Source: Candidatus Latescibacterota bacterium
GTDB taxonomy: Bacteria > Latescibacterota > UBA2968 > GCA-2709665
Reading direction: 5' to 3'
Length of the DNA: 64,000 nt
NCBI GenBank assembly: GCA_965226795.1
Contig: CBDDDZ010000002.1
Coordinates: 448,001 to 512,000, forward strand
The notes below the pieces were generated by a model. That model ran no database searches. It saw nothing but the letters and a program-made list of their open reading frames with translations, and was not told the origin of the DNA. Position 1 is the first letter of the stretch. The number at the start of each line of letters is the position of its first letter. Both the position numbers and the translations under genes were made by a program. Below are positions 9,775-18,264 of this stretch, in pieces.

Positions 9775-10848
9775 TCAGGCGCCGTAACCGCCCACCGTCA
9801 CGACCTTTCCATTTTCAGCGGAGGCATAGATCGCTTCCACCACCTCCACGGCTCTCAGCCCGTCCATTCCCGTGATTCCGGGAGGTTTCCCGTCCATAAT
9901 GGCCTCCACCGTCTCGCTCAAATACACCCGGCCCGAAACACCTCCGTAACCGTCCGCCGCCTGAGAAGCGATCCGCAGCGTCGTCCGCGGTCCCGCTGCG
10001 AAATAGGGATGGTCGCTCACCACAAAGACCTCGTCAGCGGTCCCGCCCCAGGCCGGACTCCACGACGCGGTACCCAGCGTTCCTCGAAGGCCAATGAAAA
10101 GGTCTCTGCCGGCGGGATAGGCTTTCGGTGCGGAGTAACTGATATCCAGCGTCGCTATCGCGCCGTTCCTGAATTTTACAATACCGAAACTGTTATCTTC
10201 GATATCCAGTTGATGTTGCTGGTGGCTCACCATGCCGGTCGCCTGCTGAACCTCGTCCTGCAGGAACCACCGAAACAGATCGATCCAGTGTGTACCCAGA
10301 TTGTGCATCGGGCCGCCGCCCGCAACCGCCCTCAGATTCAGCCAGGGTGAAATCTCGTTTTCCAGGTAACGCAGGGGTGAGCCCGCCGCGCACCGCCCCT
10401 CGAGCGCGACAATCTGCCCCAGCATGCCGCGATCGACGAGTTCCTTGATCTTTCTTGAGGCCGGATGCGCGCGCCAGCAGTAGGGTGAAGACAGCGCCAC
10501 GCCCGCCTCTCCCGTCGCCGCGATCATGCGCCGGATGCCCTCGCACGTATCCGCCATCGGCTTCTCGACAATCACGTGCTTACCGGCCGCCGCCGCCCGT
10601 TCCACTGCCTCCGGGCACTCCGAATGCGGGAGCAGGATCACCACCAGGCCGATGTCCCCCCGCGCCAGAAGCGCGTTGTAATCGTCGTATCCATCAATCC
10701 CGGTCTGCCCGCACACCTGCTTCAGATAGACCGGATCCGCCTCGGCGACAGCCCGCACCTCCGTCTGGACGATGGCTTCAAAATGTGGAAGATAATCCAC
10801 GGAATGAAGGTGGTGGAATCCGATTATCCCAACCCCGAGCCTCTTCAT
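9775..10848 (-). CDS. Gfo/Idh/MocA family oxidoreductase
   Basis: VGIIG, VEKPMA, GGGPMHNLGTHWID. Confidence 0.9.
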   Translation of the reverse strand: MKRLGVGIIGFHHLHSVDYLPHFEAIVQTEVRAVAEADPVYLKQVCGQTGIDGYDDYNALLARGDIGLVVILLPHSECPEAVERAAAAGKHVIVEKPMADTCEGIRRMIAATGEAGVALSSPYCWRAHPASRKIKELVDRGMLGQIVALEGRCAAGSPLRYLENEISPWLNLRAVAGGGPMHNLGTHWIDLFRWFLQDEVQQATGMVSHQQHQLDIEDNSFGIVKFRNGAIATLDISYSAPKAYPAGRDLFIGLRGTLGTASWSPAWGGTADEVFVVSDHPYFAAGPRTTLRIASQAADGYGGVSGRVYLSETVEAIMDGKPPGITGMDGLRAVEVVEAIYASAENGKVVTVGGYGA

Positions 10849-10911
10849 CGAATCGCATTCTCCGTTTCGGCCGGACGCGCCTTTCTGCCGGCGCTTTCCG
10901 GCGATGTGTGT

Positions 10912-12147
10912 TTACCCACACCAATCCACGATTGCGCACGCGAGCACCTCCGCCCCCGCAGCCAGGTCCTGCACCGGGATCTGCTCCTGGCTGGAGTGTG
11001 CCACGCCCAGCGTTCCCGCGCCGATCACCACTGCGGGTACCCCGATCAGATTCGAATAGAACCACGCATCGCACGACGCCGGCATCGCCCCCACCTCGGT
11101 GGCCTGCCCGCTTGCACGACAGGCCCGTTCCAGCGTCTTCACGATGGGATGATCGGCGGGCACTTCGTTGCAGTCGTGCCGGTACATGAACTCCATATCG
11201 AAATGGCCCGAGAGCCAGTCTCCTCCCTCGGTTTTCAGCGCCTCCTCCATCTCGCGCATCACATCTTCTTTGTTCCGTGTCGGCAGGAATCCGAGGACCC
11301 CCTTGAACGTCGCCTTTCTCGGCGCCATTGCCGGCCAATCCCCGGCCTCCAGTGTTCCAAACGTGATGGGCATGGGGTTTTCATAGGCATCGTAGAGCGG
11401 GTGTCCCCTGGATTCCGCCAACAACCTCCCGTGATATCCCTCCAGAATCTCAATTGCCCGCATGGCCTCCTTCAGCGCGCTTACCGTGCGCCCCGCCTGT
11501 CCGCTGTGGCCCGCCCGCCCGTACACGTTCACCGTGAACCATACAGCGCCGCGGATCGACGGCAGGATCTTCATTTCGGAGGGCTCCAGCACCAGGGCCG
11601 CATCGGCCCGGTCGGCTCCACGCACAAACGCCAGTGTTCCGTTGCCGCCGCATTCCTCCTCAATTACCAGGTGCCCGATCAGATCCCCTTTGAGTTCGAT
11701 CCCCATTTCACTCAGGGCGGCAAGCGCCAGGTAAAACATGGCCGCCTGACCCTTGCAATCACACGCCCCGCGGCCGAAAACGACCCCGTCTTCCACGCGC
11801 CCCTCAAACGGCCGGTCCTGGTCCGACGAGGCCGGCACGACGTCCAGGTGGGTATTCACGATCAACGACCGTCCACCGCCGACTCCTTTTTTTGCGACCC
11901 TGAGATTCGGCCGATCGGCGTAGCTGAGATCCGGCAGCTTGAACGAATAGTCGGGATCCTCCTGAATCGTGTCCGCAACCGGCAACAGTTCCCGCTCGTC
12001 CACCACGTCCGCCATTCGCGCGTGCAACATGCGCATCGCCCGTCCTTCGTCTCCGCGCACGGACGGGATGTGGATCAGATCGCAGAGCAGCCTGACCGCG
12101 TCTTCCTTGTGAGTCTCGATTGCCGCCTTCAATAGCCGATTATCCAA
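10912..12147 (-). CDS. ArgE/DapE-like M20 family deacylase
   Basis: NTHLDVVP, GRGACDCKG, EEECGG and C-terminal AH metal ligands; TTG start after AGGGAG. Confidence 0.88.
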   Translation of the reverse strand: MDNRLLKAAIETHKEDAVRLLCDLIHIPSVRGDEGRAMRMLHARMADVVDERELLPVADTIQEDPDYSFKLPDLSYADRPNLRVAKKGVGGGRSLIVNTHLDVVPASSDQDRPFEGRVEDGVVFGRGACDCKGQAAMFYLALAALSEMGIELKGDLIGHLVIEEECGGNGTLAFVRGADRADAALVLEPSEMKILPSIRGAVWFTVNVYGRAGHSGQAGRTVSALKEAMRAIEILEGYHGRLLAESRGHPLYDAYENPMPITFGTLEAGDWPAMAPRKATFKGVLGFLPTRNKEDVMREMEEALKTEGGDWLSGHFDMEFMYRHDCNEVPADHPIVKTLERACRASGQATEVGAMPASCDAWFYSNLIGVPAVVIGAGTLGVAHSSQEQIPVQDLAAGAEVLACAIVDWCG

Positions 12148-12250
12148 GAGCGCACTCCCTGGATCCGGCGCGTATGCACGCCCGTTCCGGATCCTTATGT
12201 TACAGGGACGGTCTGATGGCTCGCCCCGGTTCCGGATTACACCTGCCGGG

Positions 12251-13588
12251 TCACCCGCCGAGTTCCTCCAACGCACGGTCGAGGATGTCTATGCCCATCC
12301 CCGCTTCCTCTTCGGTAATTACCAGCGGAGGCGCGATCCGTACGACATTTCCGTACAACCCGACCTTGCCGAGCAGAAGACCGTACTCCCCCGCCCTCAG
12401 CAGCAGATCGGACGTCAGTTCCGGCGCAGGTGTCTTGTCGTCGCGGTTCATTACGAGTTCCAGCCCGATCACCAGCCCCCGCCCACGCACGTCGCCCAGG
12501 ACCTCGTATTTCGCCTGTAGCGCCTGAAACCGCGCCATCATATAATTGCCCGTACTTTGGGCGTTTTCCGGCAGTCTCTCGTCTTCCATCACGTCCATTA
12601 CAGCATGCGAAGCTGCGCTGGCCAGCGGATTGCCCCCGCAGGTGCTGGACATCTCGCCGACCCCCATGCACTCGAATATCCGGCTCTCGCCGGCGAGCGC
12701 GGAAGCGGGCATCCCGCTGCCGATGCCCTTGCCAAGGCAGACCATGTTCGGACGCAGGTTCTCCCACTCCAGCGCGAACAACTTTCCAGTACGTCCGAAC
12801 GAGGATTGCACCTCGTCCAAAATGAAGACCATCCCCCGGTCCCGCGCCCACCTTTCAAGCCCCTTCAACCAGCCGGCAGGCGGGAAAATGAAACCCGCGC
12901 CTCCCTGGTAGGGCTCGGTTATCACGGCGCCCACGTCGCCCGTGGACGTCGAATCGATAATCCGGTCCAGGTTTTCGAGGCATCGCTGCGCGCATTCCCC
13001 TTCCGTTTCGCTATTGTAAAAATCCCGGTAAAAGTAGGGAAACGGCGCCAGAATTCCGCCCGGCAACTGGGGGCCGAATCCACGCTTTGTCTTCATATTT
13101 CCGGCTACGCTCATCGGTCCGTACGTGCGCCCGTGAAATCCCCCGTAAAATGACAGCACCTCGTGCTTGCCCGTGAATCGCTTGGCAATGCGGATCGCCG
13201 CCTCCGTTGCCTCGGCCCCCGTTGTCAGCAGGAATGTCTGATCGATATTTTCAGGCAGCATATCGGTCAGGCGTTTCGACAGCGTCACCCGCTCCGGCGT
13301 CGGGAACGAATAACAGTTCATCAGGCGTCCGGCCTGTTTCCGGATGCTCTCTACGTGGCGGGGGTGGGAGTGTCCCAGATTGGTCACCAGCACTCCGGAC
13401 GTGAAGTCCAGAAACCGGTTGCCGTCCACGTCCCACACCCAGACACCCTCGCCGTGGTCCCACACCACCGGCACCTGATCGGCCATGCACGGCGGCTCGT
13501 ATTGCCTGGATACGTCCAGCAACGCAGTGGATCTGGGTCCCGGGATCTTTCGCTTTTCCAACGTGATTGCGTTCGCCACATGCGCCAT
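12251..13588 (-). CDS. Class III PLP-dependent aminotransferase (GabT/ArgD-like)
   Basis: DVDGNRFLDF, GAEATE, FHGRT, DEVQSSFGRTG, LGKG. Confidence 0.92.
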   Translation of the reverse strand: MAHVANAITLEKRKIPGPRSTALLDVSRQYEPPCMADQVPVVWDHGEGVWVWDVDGNRFLDFTSGVLVTNLGHSHPRHVESIRKQAGRLMNCYSFPTPERVTLSKRLTDMLPENIDQTFLLTTGAEATEAAIRIAKRFTGKHEVLSFYGGFHGRTYGPMSVAGNMKTKRGFGPQLPGGILAPFPYFYRDFYNSETEGECAQRCLENLDRIIDSTSTGDVGAVITEPYQGGAGFIFPPAGWLKGLERWARDRGMVFILDEVQSSFGRTGKLFALEWENLRPNMVCLGKGIGSGMPASALAGESRIFECMGVGEMSSTCGGNPLASAASHAVMDVMEDERLPENAQSTGNYMMARFQALQAKYEVLGDVRGRGLVIGLELVMNRDDKTPAPELTSDLLLRAGEYGLLLGKVGLYGNVVRIAPPLVITEEEAGMGIDILDRALEELGG

Positions 13589-13623
13589 ATCAGATCTCCT
13601 GACAGGTTGATTCTCTCAACCGC

Positions 13624-14613
13624 CTATGCCAGTTCCTTGTTGATCAGGAACCGCGGCGGCCGCCCTTCTATAAACCGCACAAAGTCCTCCATCACCTTCT
13701 CCCGCATGCTCCAGTTCGCCTCTTCGGAATACCACGCAAGATGGGGCGCCAGAAGGGCATTTTCCAGATTGAATAAATCCATTTCCGGATCGGGTGGCTC
13801 CTGTTCGTACACGTCGATGGCTGCGCCGGCGATCCACCCCTCCCTCAGCGCCCGGGCCAGCGCGTCCGCGTCAACCAGACCGCCCCGAGAGGTATTCACC
13901 AGATAGGCGTGGGGTTTCATCGCCCGGAGTTCCCTTTCCCCGACGAGATGATACGATTCCTCGTCGAGCGACGCGTGAATCGTAATCATATCCGCTTCTT
14001 TCAGAACCGTATCCAGGTCCACCGCCTGCACGCCCAGTTCCTTCTGGCGCTCCTCGGAAAGATACGGATCGCAGACCAGGACATTCACTTCAAATCCGGC
14101 AAGTTTCCGCAGCGTCAGGCTCCCGATTCGGCCGCATCCGACGATGCCCACTGTCTTTCCCTTGACGGAATACACCGGGTATACCTCGTTGAAATCCCAG
14201 ATCCCGTTTCGACTCGACGCCTCCAGAATCTTCCGCCCCACATTCAGCTTGCGCCAACCGGACAGCATCAATGCAATGGCGTGTTCCGCCACCTCATCCG
14301 AACAATAGTCGGGCTCGTAGGCAACCCGGATTCCCTTTGCCGTGGCCGCCGTCACATCCACGTTGTCGTATCCGACGCCGTGCCTGAGAATCAGCTTGCA
14401 CCTGTCCAGTTGGTCGATCACACCGGCGGTCATCTTCACCATATTCACCAGAATCATATCGGCGTCGCCGATCTTTGTGGCCAGTTCCGTCTCCGGCATG
14501 AACTTGAGTTGATGATATTCAAACTTGACATGCCCGTATTTCTTGAGTTCCTCCTCTTCCCACTTCAGGTCGGGCTCGATATAGTCAGTCACCACAATCT
14601 TGATCGGCTCCAT
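13624..14613 (-). CDS. D-isomer-specific 2-hydroxyacid dehydrogenase (CtBP-like)
   Basis: GVGYDNVD, GIVGCGRIG, NTSRG, DVYEQEP, PHLAW. Confidence 0.92.
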   Translation of the reverse strand: MEPIKIVVTDYIEPDLKWEEEELKKYGHVKFEYHQLKFMPETELATKIGDADMILVNMVKMTAGVIDQLDRCKLILRHGVGYDNVDVTAATAKGIRVAYEPDYCSDEVAEHAIALMLSGWRKLNVGRKILEASSRNGIWDFNEVYPVYSVKGKTVGIVGCGRIGSLTLRKLAGFEVNVLVCDPYLSEERQKELGVQAVDLDTVLKEADMITIHASLDEESYHLVGERELRAMKPHAYLVNTSRGGLVDADALARALREGWIAGAAIDVYEQEPPDPEMDLFNLENALLAPHLAWYSEEANWSMREKVMEDFVRFIEGRPPRFLINKELA

Positions 14614-14643
14614 AGAACACTCCCAAAAATAGAAAATCCTGGT

Positions 14644-15687
14644 TCAACCGTTGAACGGCAGCGCCACGGGGTCGCCCGTCCTCGCCGATTCGTAAATCGC
14701 CAGGATGATTTCGATTGCCCGCTTCGACTCCGGACCATCGATTTTCGGCTCACCGCCTTCATTCAGAATACGAACCATCTCCGCGATCTGTGCCCTGTGT
14801 CCTTCCGTGCCGAAGGTCTTGGAATCAGATGCCGCCCTGGCCACGTCGGTTGTGTCCGCCGCCGTCTCTTCCGCACTCTCGCCCGCGACGTCCCACCTGG
14901 TAATCTGGTCGGCTTCCACCACCACCGTACCCCGGTCTCCGGAGAATTCCATCCGTGCCGGTAAACCGGGATACGCGGCGGAAGACGCTTCAACCACCCC
15001 GAGTGCCCCGTTCTCGAATTCCAGTGTGGCAACGACCGTATCTTCCACCTCGATATCGTGAATCAACGTGCCCATCCTGGCGTAGACGCGCTTTACCGGT
15101 CCCATAATCCACTGGAGCAGATCCACCGTGTGACTGCCCTGAGTCATCAACGCCCCACCGCCCTCCATTTTCCAGTTACCCCGCCAATCGTCCGCATCGT
15201 AGTAGGCCTGGGGCCGGAACCACTTGACATAGGCGTCACCCAGCACCATCCTGCCGAGAGCGCCGGATTGAACCGCGTCATGTACCCTGTTGACCGCCTC
15301 CCCGTACCTCAACTGGAAGACTCCCATCAGCTTCACCCCGGCGTCTTCGGCCGCTCGGATAATGCGATCCATATTCTGAATCGATACATCAAGAGGTTTT
15401 TCCACGATCAGATGCTTGCCCGCCGCCGCCGCATCCGTTACGATAGGAATGCGCACGCCGCTGGGGGTGCAGATGCAGACCACATCCACTTCCGGTCGGC
15501 GGAGAATGGCTTCGTGATCCGTAAACCAGGCCACGCCGTGCGCCTCTCCCGTGGTCCTGGCGCGCGATTCGCTTCGGCTGTATACCGCGACAAGTTGGGC
15601 GCCTTCGGTATCCTGCACCGCGCCAATATGATAGTCCGCCACCACGCCGCATCCGATCATTGCAAAACCGATGGTCCGATCACCCAT
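14644..15687 (-). CDS. Gfo/Idh/MocA family oxidoreductase
   Basis: IGCG, CTPSG, VEKP, GGGALMTQGSHTVD. Confidence 0.92.
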   Translation of the reverse strand: MGDRTIGFAMIGCGVVADYHIGAVQDTEGAQLVAVYSRSESRARTTGEAHGVAWFTDHEAILRRPEVDVVCICTPSGVRIPIVTDAAAAGKHLIVEKPLDVSIQNMDRIIRAAEDAGVKLMGVFQLRYGEAVNRVHDAVQSGALGRMVLGDAYVKWFRPQAYYDADDWRGNWKMEGGGALMTQGSHTVDLLQWIMGPVKRVYARMGTLIHDIEVEDTVVATLEFENGALGVVEASSAAYPGLPARMEFSGDRGTVVVEADQITRWDVAGESAEETAADTTDVARAASDSKTFGTEGHRAQIAEMVRILNEGGEPKIDGPESKRAIEIILAIYESARTGDPVALPFNG

Positions 15688-15906
15688 AAGCGAATCCTCC
15701 CGGTCTGTAGCCTCAACCTAGCGGAAATTTCCGCGGCAGAGGTGCAGACTCCGTGGCGTGCCGTCACTGCCGATTCTTCCAGACTTGCAACAAGGCCGAG
15801 GACGGTGTATCTTTTCCGAGCCTTCCGCACAGGGGCGCCTCGCCTGATTTCGATTTCTTGAATCTGCGTTGCGAAAGACGCCTTTACCCACGGAGGTCAT
15901 GACCAT

Positions 15907-16734
15907 ATGGAATACGTACATCCCGACCTTCTGGCCGGCAAAGTCGCGTGGGTCACGGCTTCCGCTCGGGGCCTGGGCCGGGCGATTTCGGAACGTCTGG
16001 CCCGTTGCGGCGCTTCGGTGGTTGTGCACGGACGATCCGACCGGACGGCGGCGGAGTTCAAGGAAGCCCCGTCTACGACTCACGTAGCCCGGGAAATCGG
16101 GAAAACGGCCAACGCCGTCATCACCGTATTCGCGGACGTCTCGGACCCCGTCCAGGTCAAAGCCGCGGTTGAACGGATCGAAAGCGAACTCGGGCCGATC
16201 GACATTCTGGTCAACAACGCCGGCGGCGATATTGCCGCGGCAGGCGGAAAACCGAAGCCCAACGATACTCTGGGTATCCCGCTGGAGGACATCGAAGCCG
16301 TGTTCAAGAGGAATTTCGCCACAACCCTGCATTGCTGCCGCGCCGTCGTTCCGGGCATGATTCAACGCGGGGGAGGCAGAATCGTCAATGTAGGCTCCGT
16401 GGACAGTTTCACCGGCGAGCCAGGTGGAGGCCCCGTTTACGCCACGGCCAAAGCGGCCCAGACCCACTATACCCGCTGCCTGGCCGCTCAAGTCCGGGAA
16501 CACAACATCACCGTGAACATGGTTGCGCCGGGCGCCTCACCCAGCGGTCGCTTTGTAGCCACGGGACAGGCCGACCCGGAACTTATGAACGCAATGAACC
16601 GGCCTACGCTGATCCGATACGCGTATCCGGATGAGATCGCACGGGCCGTACAGTTCTTCGTTTCGCCCCTGGCAAGCTTCGTGAGCGGCCAGATCCTCCG
16701 TGTCGACGGGGGAGCGCAGCTTTCGCCGGCGTAA
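15907..16734 (+). CDS. SDR family oxidoreductase
   Basis: TASARGLG, NNAG, YATAK, VAPG, VSGQILRVDGG. Confidence 0.92.
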   Translation: MEYVHPDLLAGKVAWVTASARGLGRAISERLARCGASVVVHGRSDRTAAEFKEAPSTTHVAREIGKTANAVITVFADVSDPVQVKAAVERIESELGPIDILVNNAGGDIAAAGGKPKPNDTLGIPLEDIEAVFKRNFATTLHCCRAVVPGMIQRGGGRIVNVGSVDSFTGEPGGGPVYATAKAAQTHYTRCLAAQVREHNITVNMVAPGASPSGRFVATGQADPELMNAMNRPTLIRYAYPDEIARAVQFFVSPLASFVSGQILRVDGGAQLSPA

Positions 16735-16770
16735 ACCGCTACCGTTCAGGATAACGGCGACGCCCTTCTG

Positions 16771-16930
16771 CAGCCCGTTGAAAAAGTCCATCCGGGCTGC
16801 GGCCGGCTCTTGTGGCCGAATTACTGCGTTGCGCTCCCTCTCCGAATCCCCCGATTCGACTCGGTCGCGCGCCTTGTCTTCGGTCACAATGGCTCGGCCT
16901 CGCCTGCAGAGCAACTTGATCAACGGACTG
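16771..16930. mobile_element. MITE/REP-like palindromic element (160 bp)
   Basis: Imperfect terminal inverted repeats CAGCCCGTTGAAAAAGT / ACTTGATCAACGGACTG with nested internal IR (TTGTGGCCGAA / TTCGGTCACAA). Confidence 0.55.
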
Positions 16931-17527
16931 TCAGCGCCTGTCCAATTCCGCCCGATATTCCTCCGGCGTATCGATATCCCGCAAAACCCCCTCATCCTCG
17001 ACGTCGACTTCGAGCGTATCGTCAGGGTGCCCTCGTATTACGGGTTTCAGCCCGTGTTCTCCCGTCAGGGATTGGATTTCTGAAAAATACCGACCGAGAT
17101 CCACCAGGGCCGGATGCCCTCGTTTGCCCCGGCAGACCGGAACGACAATCCCCTTGTTGCCGTTTTGATACGCCGCCGCCAACCTCCTGACCACGTTCGA
17201 ACGGATGTGCGGCTGATCGCCCAGGGCGATCAGCGCGGCATCGGCCGACTTGATTATCGTGGAAAGCCCGCACAGGATACTTGAAAACATCCCACTGCGG
17301 TAATCGGAATTCACGTGAAACATTACCGGCCGCTCCGCCAGACTCCCACGCACGGTATCCGCCTCGTGGCCAAGCACCACCAGGATACCGTCCAGATCGG
17401 CTTCAAGCAGCGTATCGACCACGGATTGAAGCACCGTTTTTCGGCCGAACGGCAATAGCTGTTTAGGAGACCCCATGCGTGTCGACATACCGGCAGCCGG
17501 CACAAGTGCGCAAATGCGTTTTTTCAT
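16931..17527 (-). CDS. Molybdenum cofactor cytidylyltransferase-like NTP transferase (MobA/MocA family)
   Basis: AAGMSTRMG..KQLL, GMFSSI, GDQP, GHPAL, DIDTPEEY. Confidence 0.88.
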   Translation of the reverse strand: MKKRICALVPAAGMSTRMGSPKQLLPFGRKTVLQSVVDTLLEADLDGILVVLGHEADTVRGSLAERPVMFHVNSDYRSGMFSSILCGLSTIIKSADAALIALGDQPHIRSNVVRRLAAAYQNGNKGIVVPVCRGKRGHPALVDLGRYFSEIQSLTGEHGLKPVIRGHPDDTLEVDVEDEGVLRDIDTPEEYRAELDRR

Positions 17528-17781
17528 TTGGATATCAAGTATAATAAAAAACATCGAGTGAGACCACAAATTCTAACCGGCGATCGGACAACACCGGCGC
17601 AGCCGGCTGCTCTGTATTTAAAAACAATTACTTAATCGTCATAGTTCAAGTCGTGTCACCGGGAGGCGGATCCGGATCCCACACCGGAAAGGGCCGATGT
17701 GCGGACGATTCGCATTTTCCGTGATGTTTCTCATAAGAATATAAATACCAAATAGTTATGTTTCTAAATTTACGCTTTGTC

Positions 17782-17809
17782 TTGACTTTTCTGTATTAAA
17801 TAGTACATT
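17782..17809 (+). promoter_or_regulatory. Putative sigma70 promoter
   Basis: TTGACT-16 nt-TACATT in AT-rich region. Confidence 0.4.
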
Positions 17810-17876
17810 ACATCCTTTTGAAATGTTGAGGGGGTCGAATCCCACACATACTCAGCTTCCGGAGAAGTCATTTCAC

Positions 17877-18122
17877 GTGCTCTGTGCAACGTGTGAAAAG
17901 CGTGACGCCACACGGGTCTCCACCCGGGTCCTCAATGGCGAGAAACAGATCACTTATCTTTGTGAGGTCTGCGAAGCGTTGGCCGATGCCGGGTCGAAAC
18001 CTCCCCTTGAGCGCCCCTGCGAGCGCTGCAGGCAAAGAAAGGGTCGGATCAAATTTACGCGCCTCGCGGAACGTTATCGAACCGTAACGTATCTCTGTGA
18101 GACATGCGCGGCGAAGGCTTAG
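17877..18122 (+). CDS. Small protein with two McsA/ClpE-N-terminal-type Zn-finger modules
   Basis: GTG after GGAG; MLCATCEKRDATRVSTRVLNGEKQITYLCEVC...CERC...TYLCETC, four CxxC motifs in two similar units. Confidence 0.7.
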   Translation: MLCATCEKRDATRVSTRVLNGEKQITYLCEVCEALADAGSKPPLERPCERCRQRKGRIKFTRLAERYRTVTYLCETCAAKA

Positions 18123-18264
18123 CCGGAGCGCTTATACAGGATCCTCGGCCTCCGAAGCGAATGTCGACACGATGTCGGAGGCGGGTGTTCAATCACGAAA
18201 CCCCGCCAACATACGTGCGCAAGCAGCCCTCGGTTGTCGCGCCCATTTGTAACAGGCCACCCAC

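Noticed and set aside
10576..12135. Long antisense ORFs (e.g. 10576-12135 +, 18193-19410 -, 34800-36050 -, 51669-52607 +)
   Set aside because: They lie opposite well-supported genes, have no recognisable motifs, and are expected shadows of GC-rich codon usage.
17530..17820. AT-rich region as oriC or dif site
   Set aside because: No TTATCCACA-type box cluster and no correctly spaced XerC/XerD arms; divergent promoters explain it.
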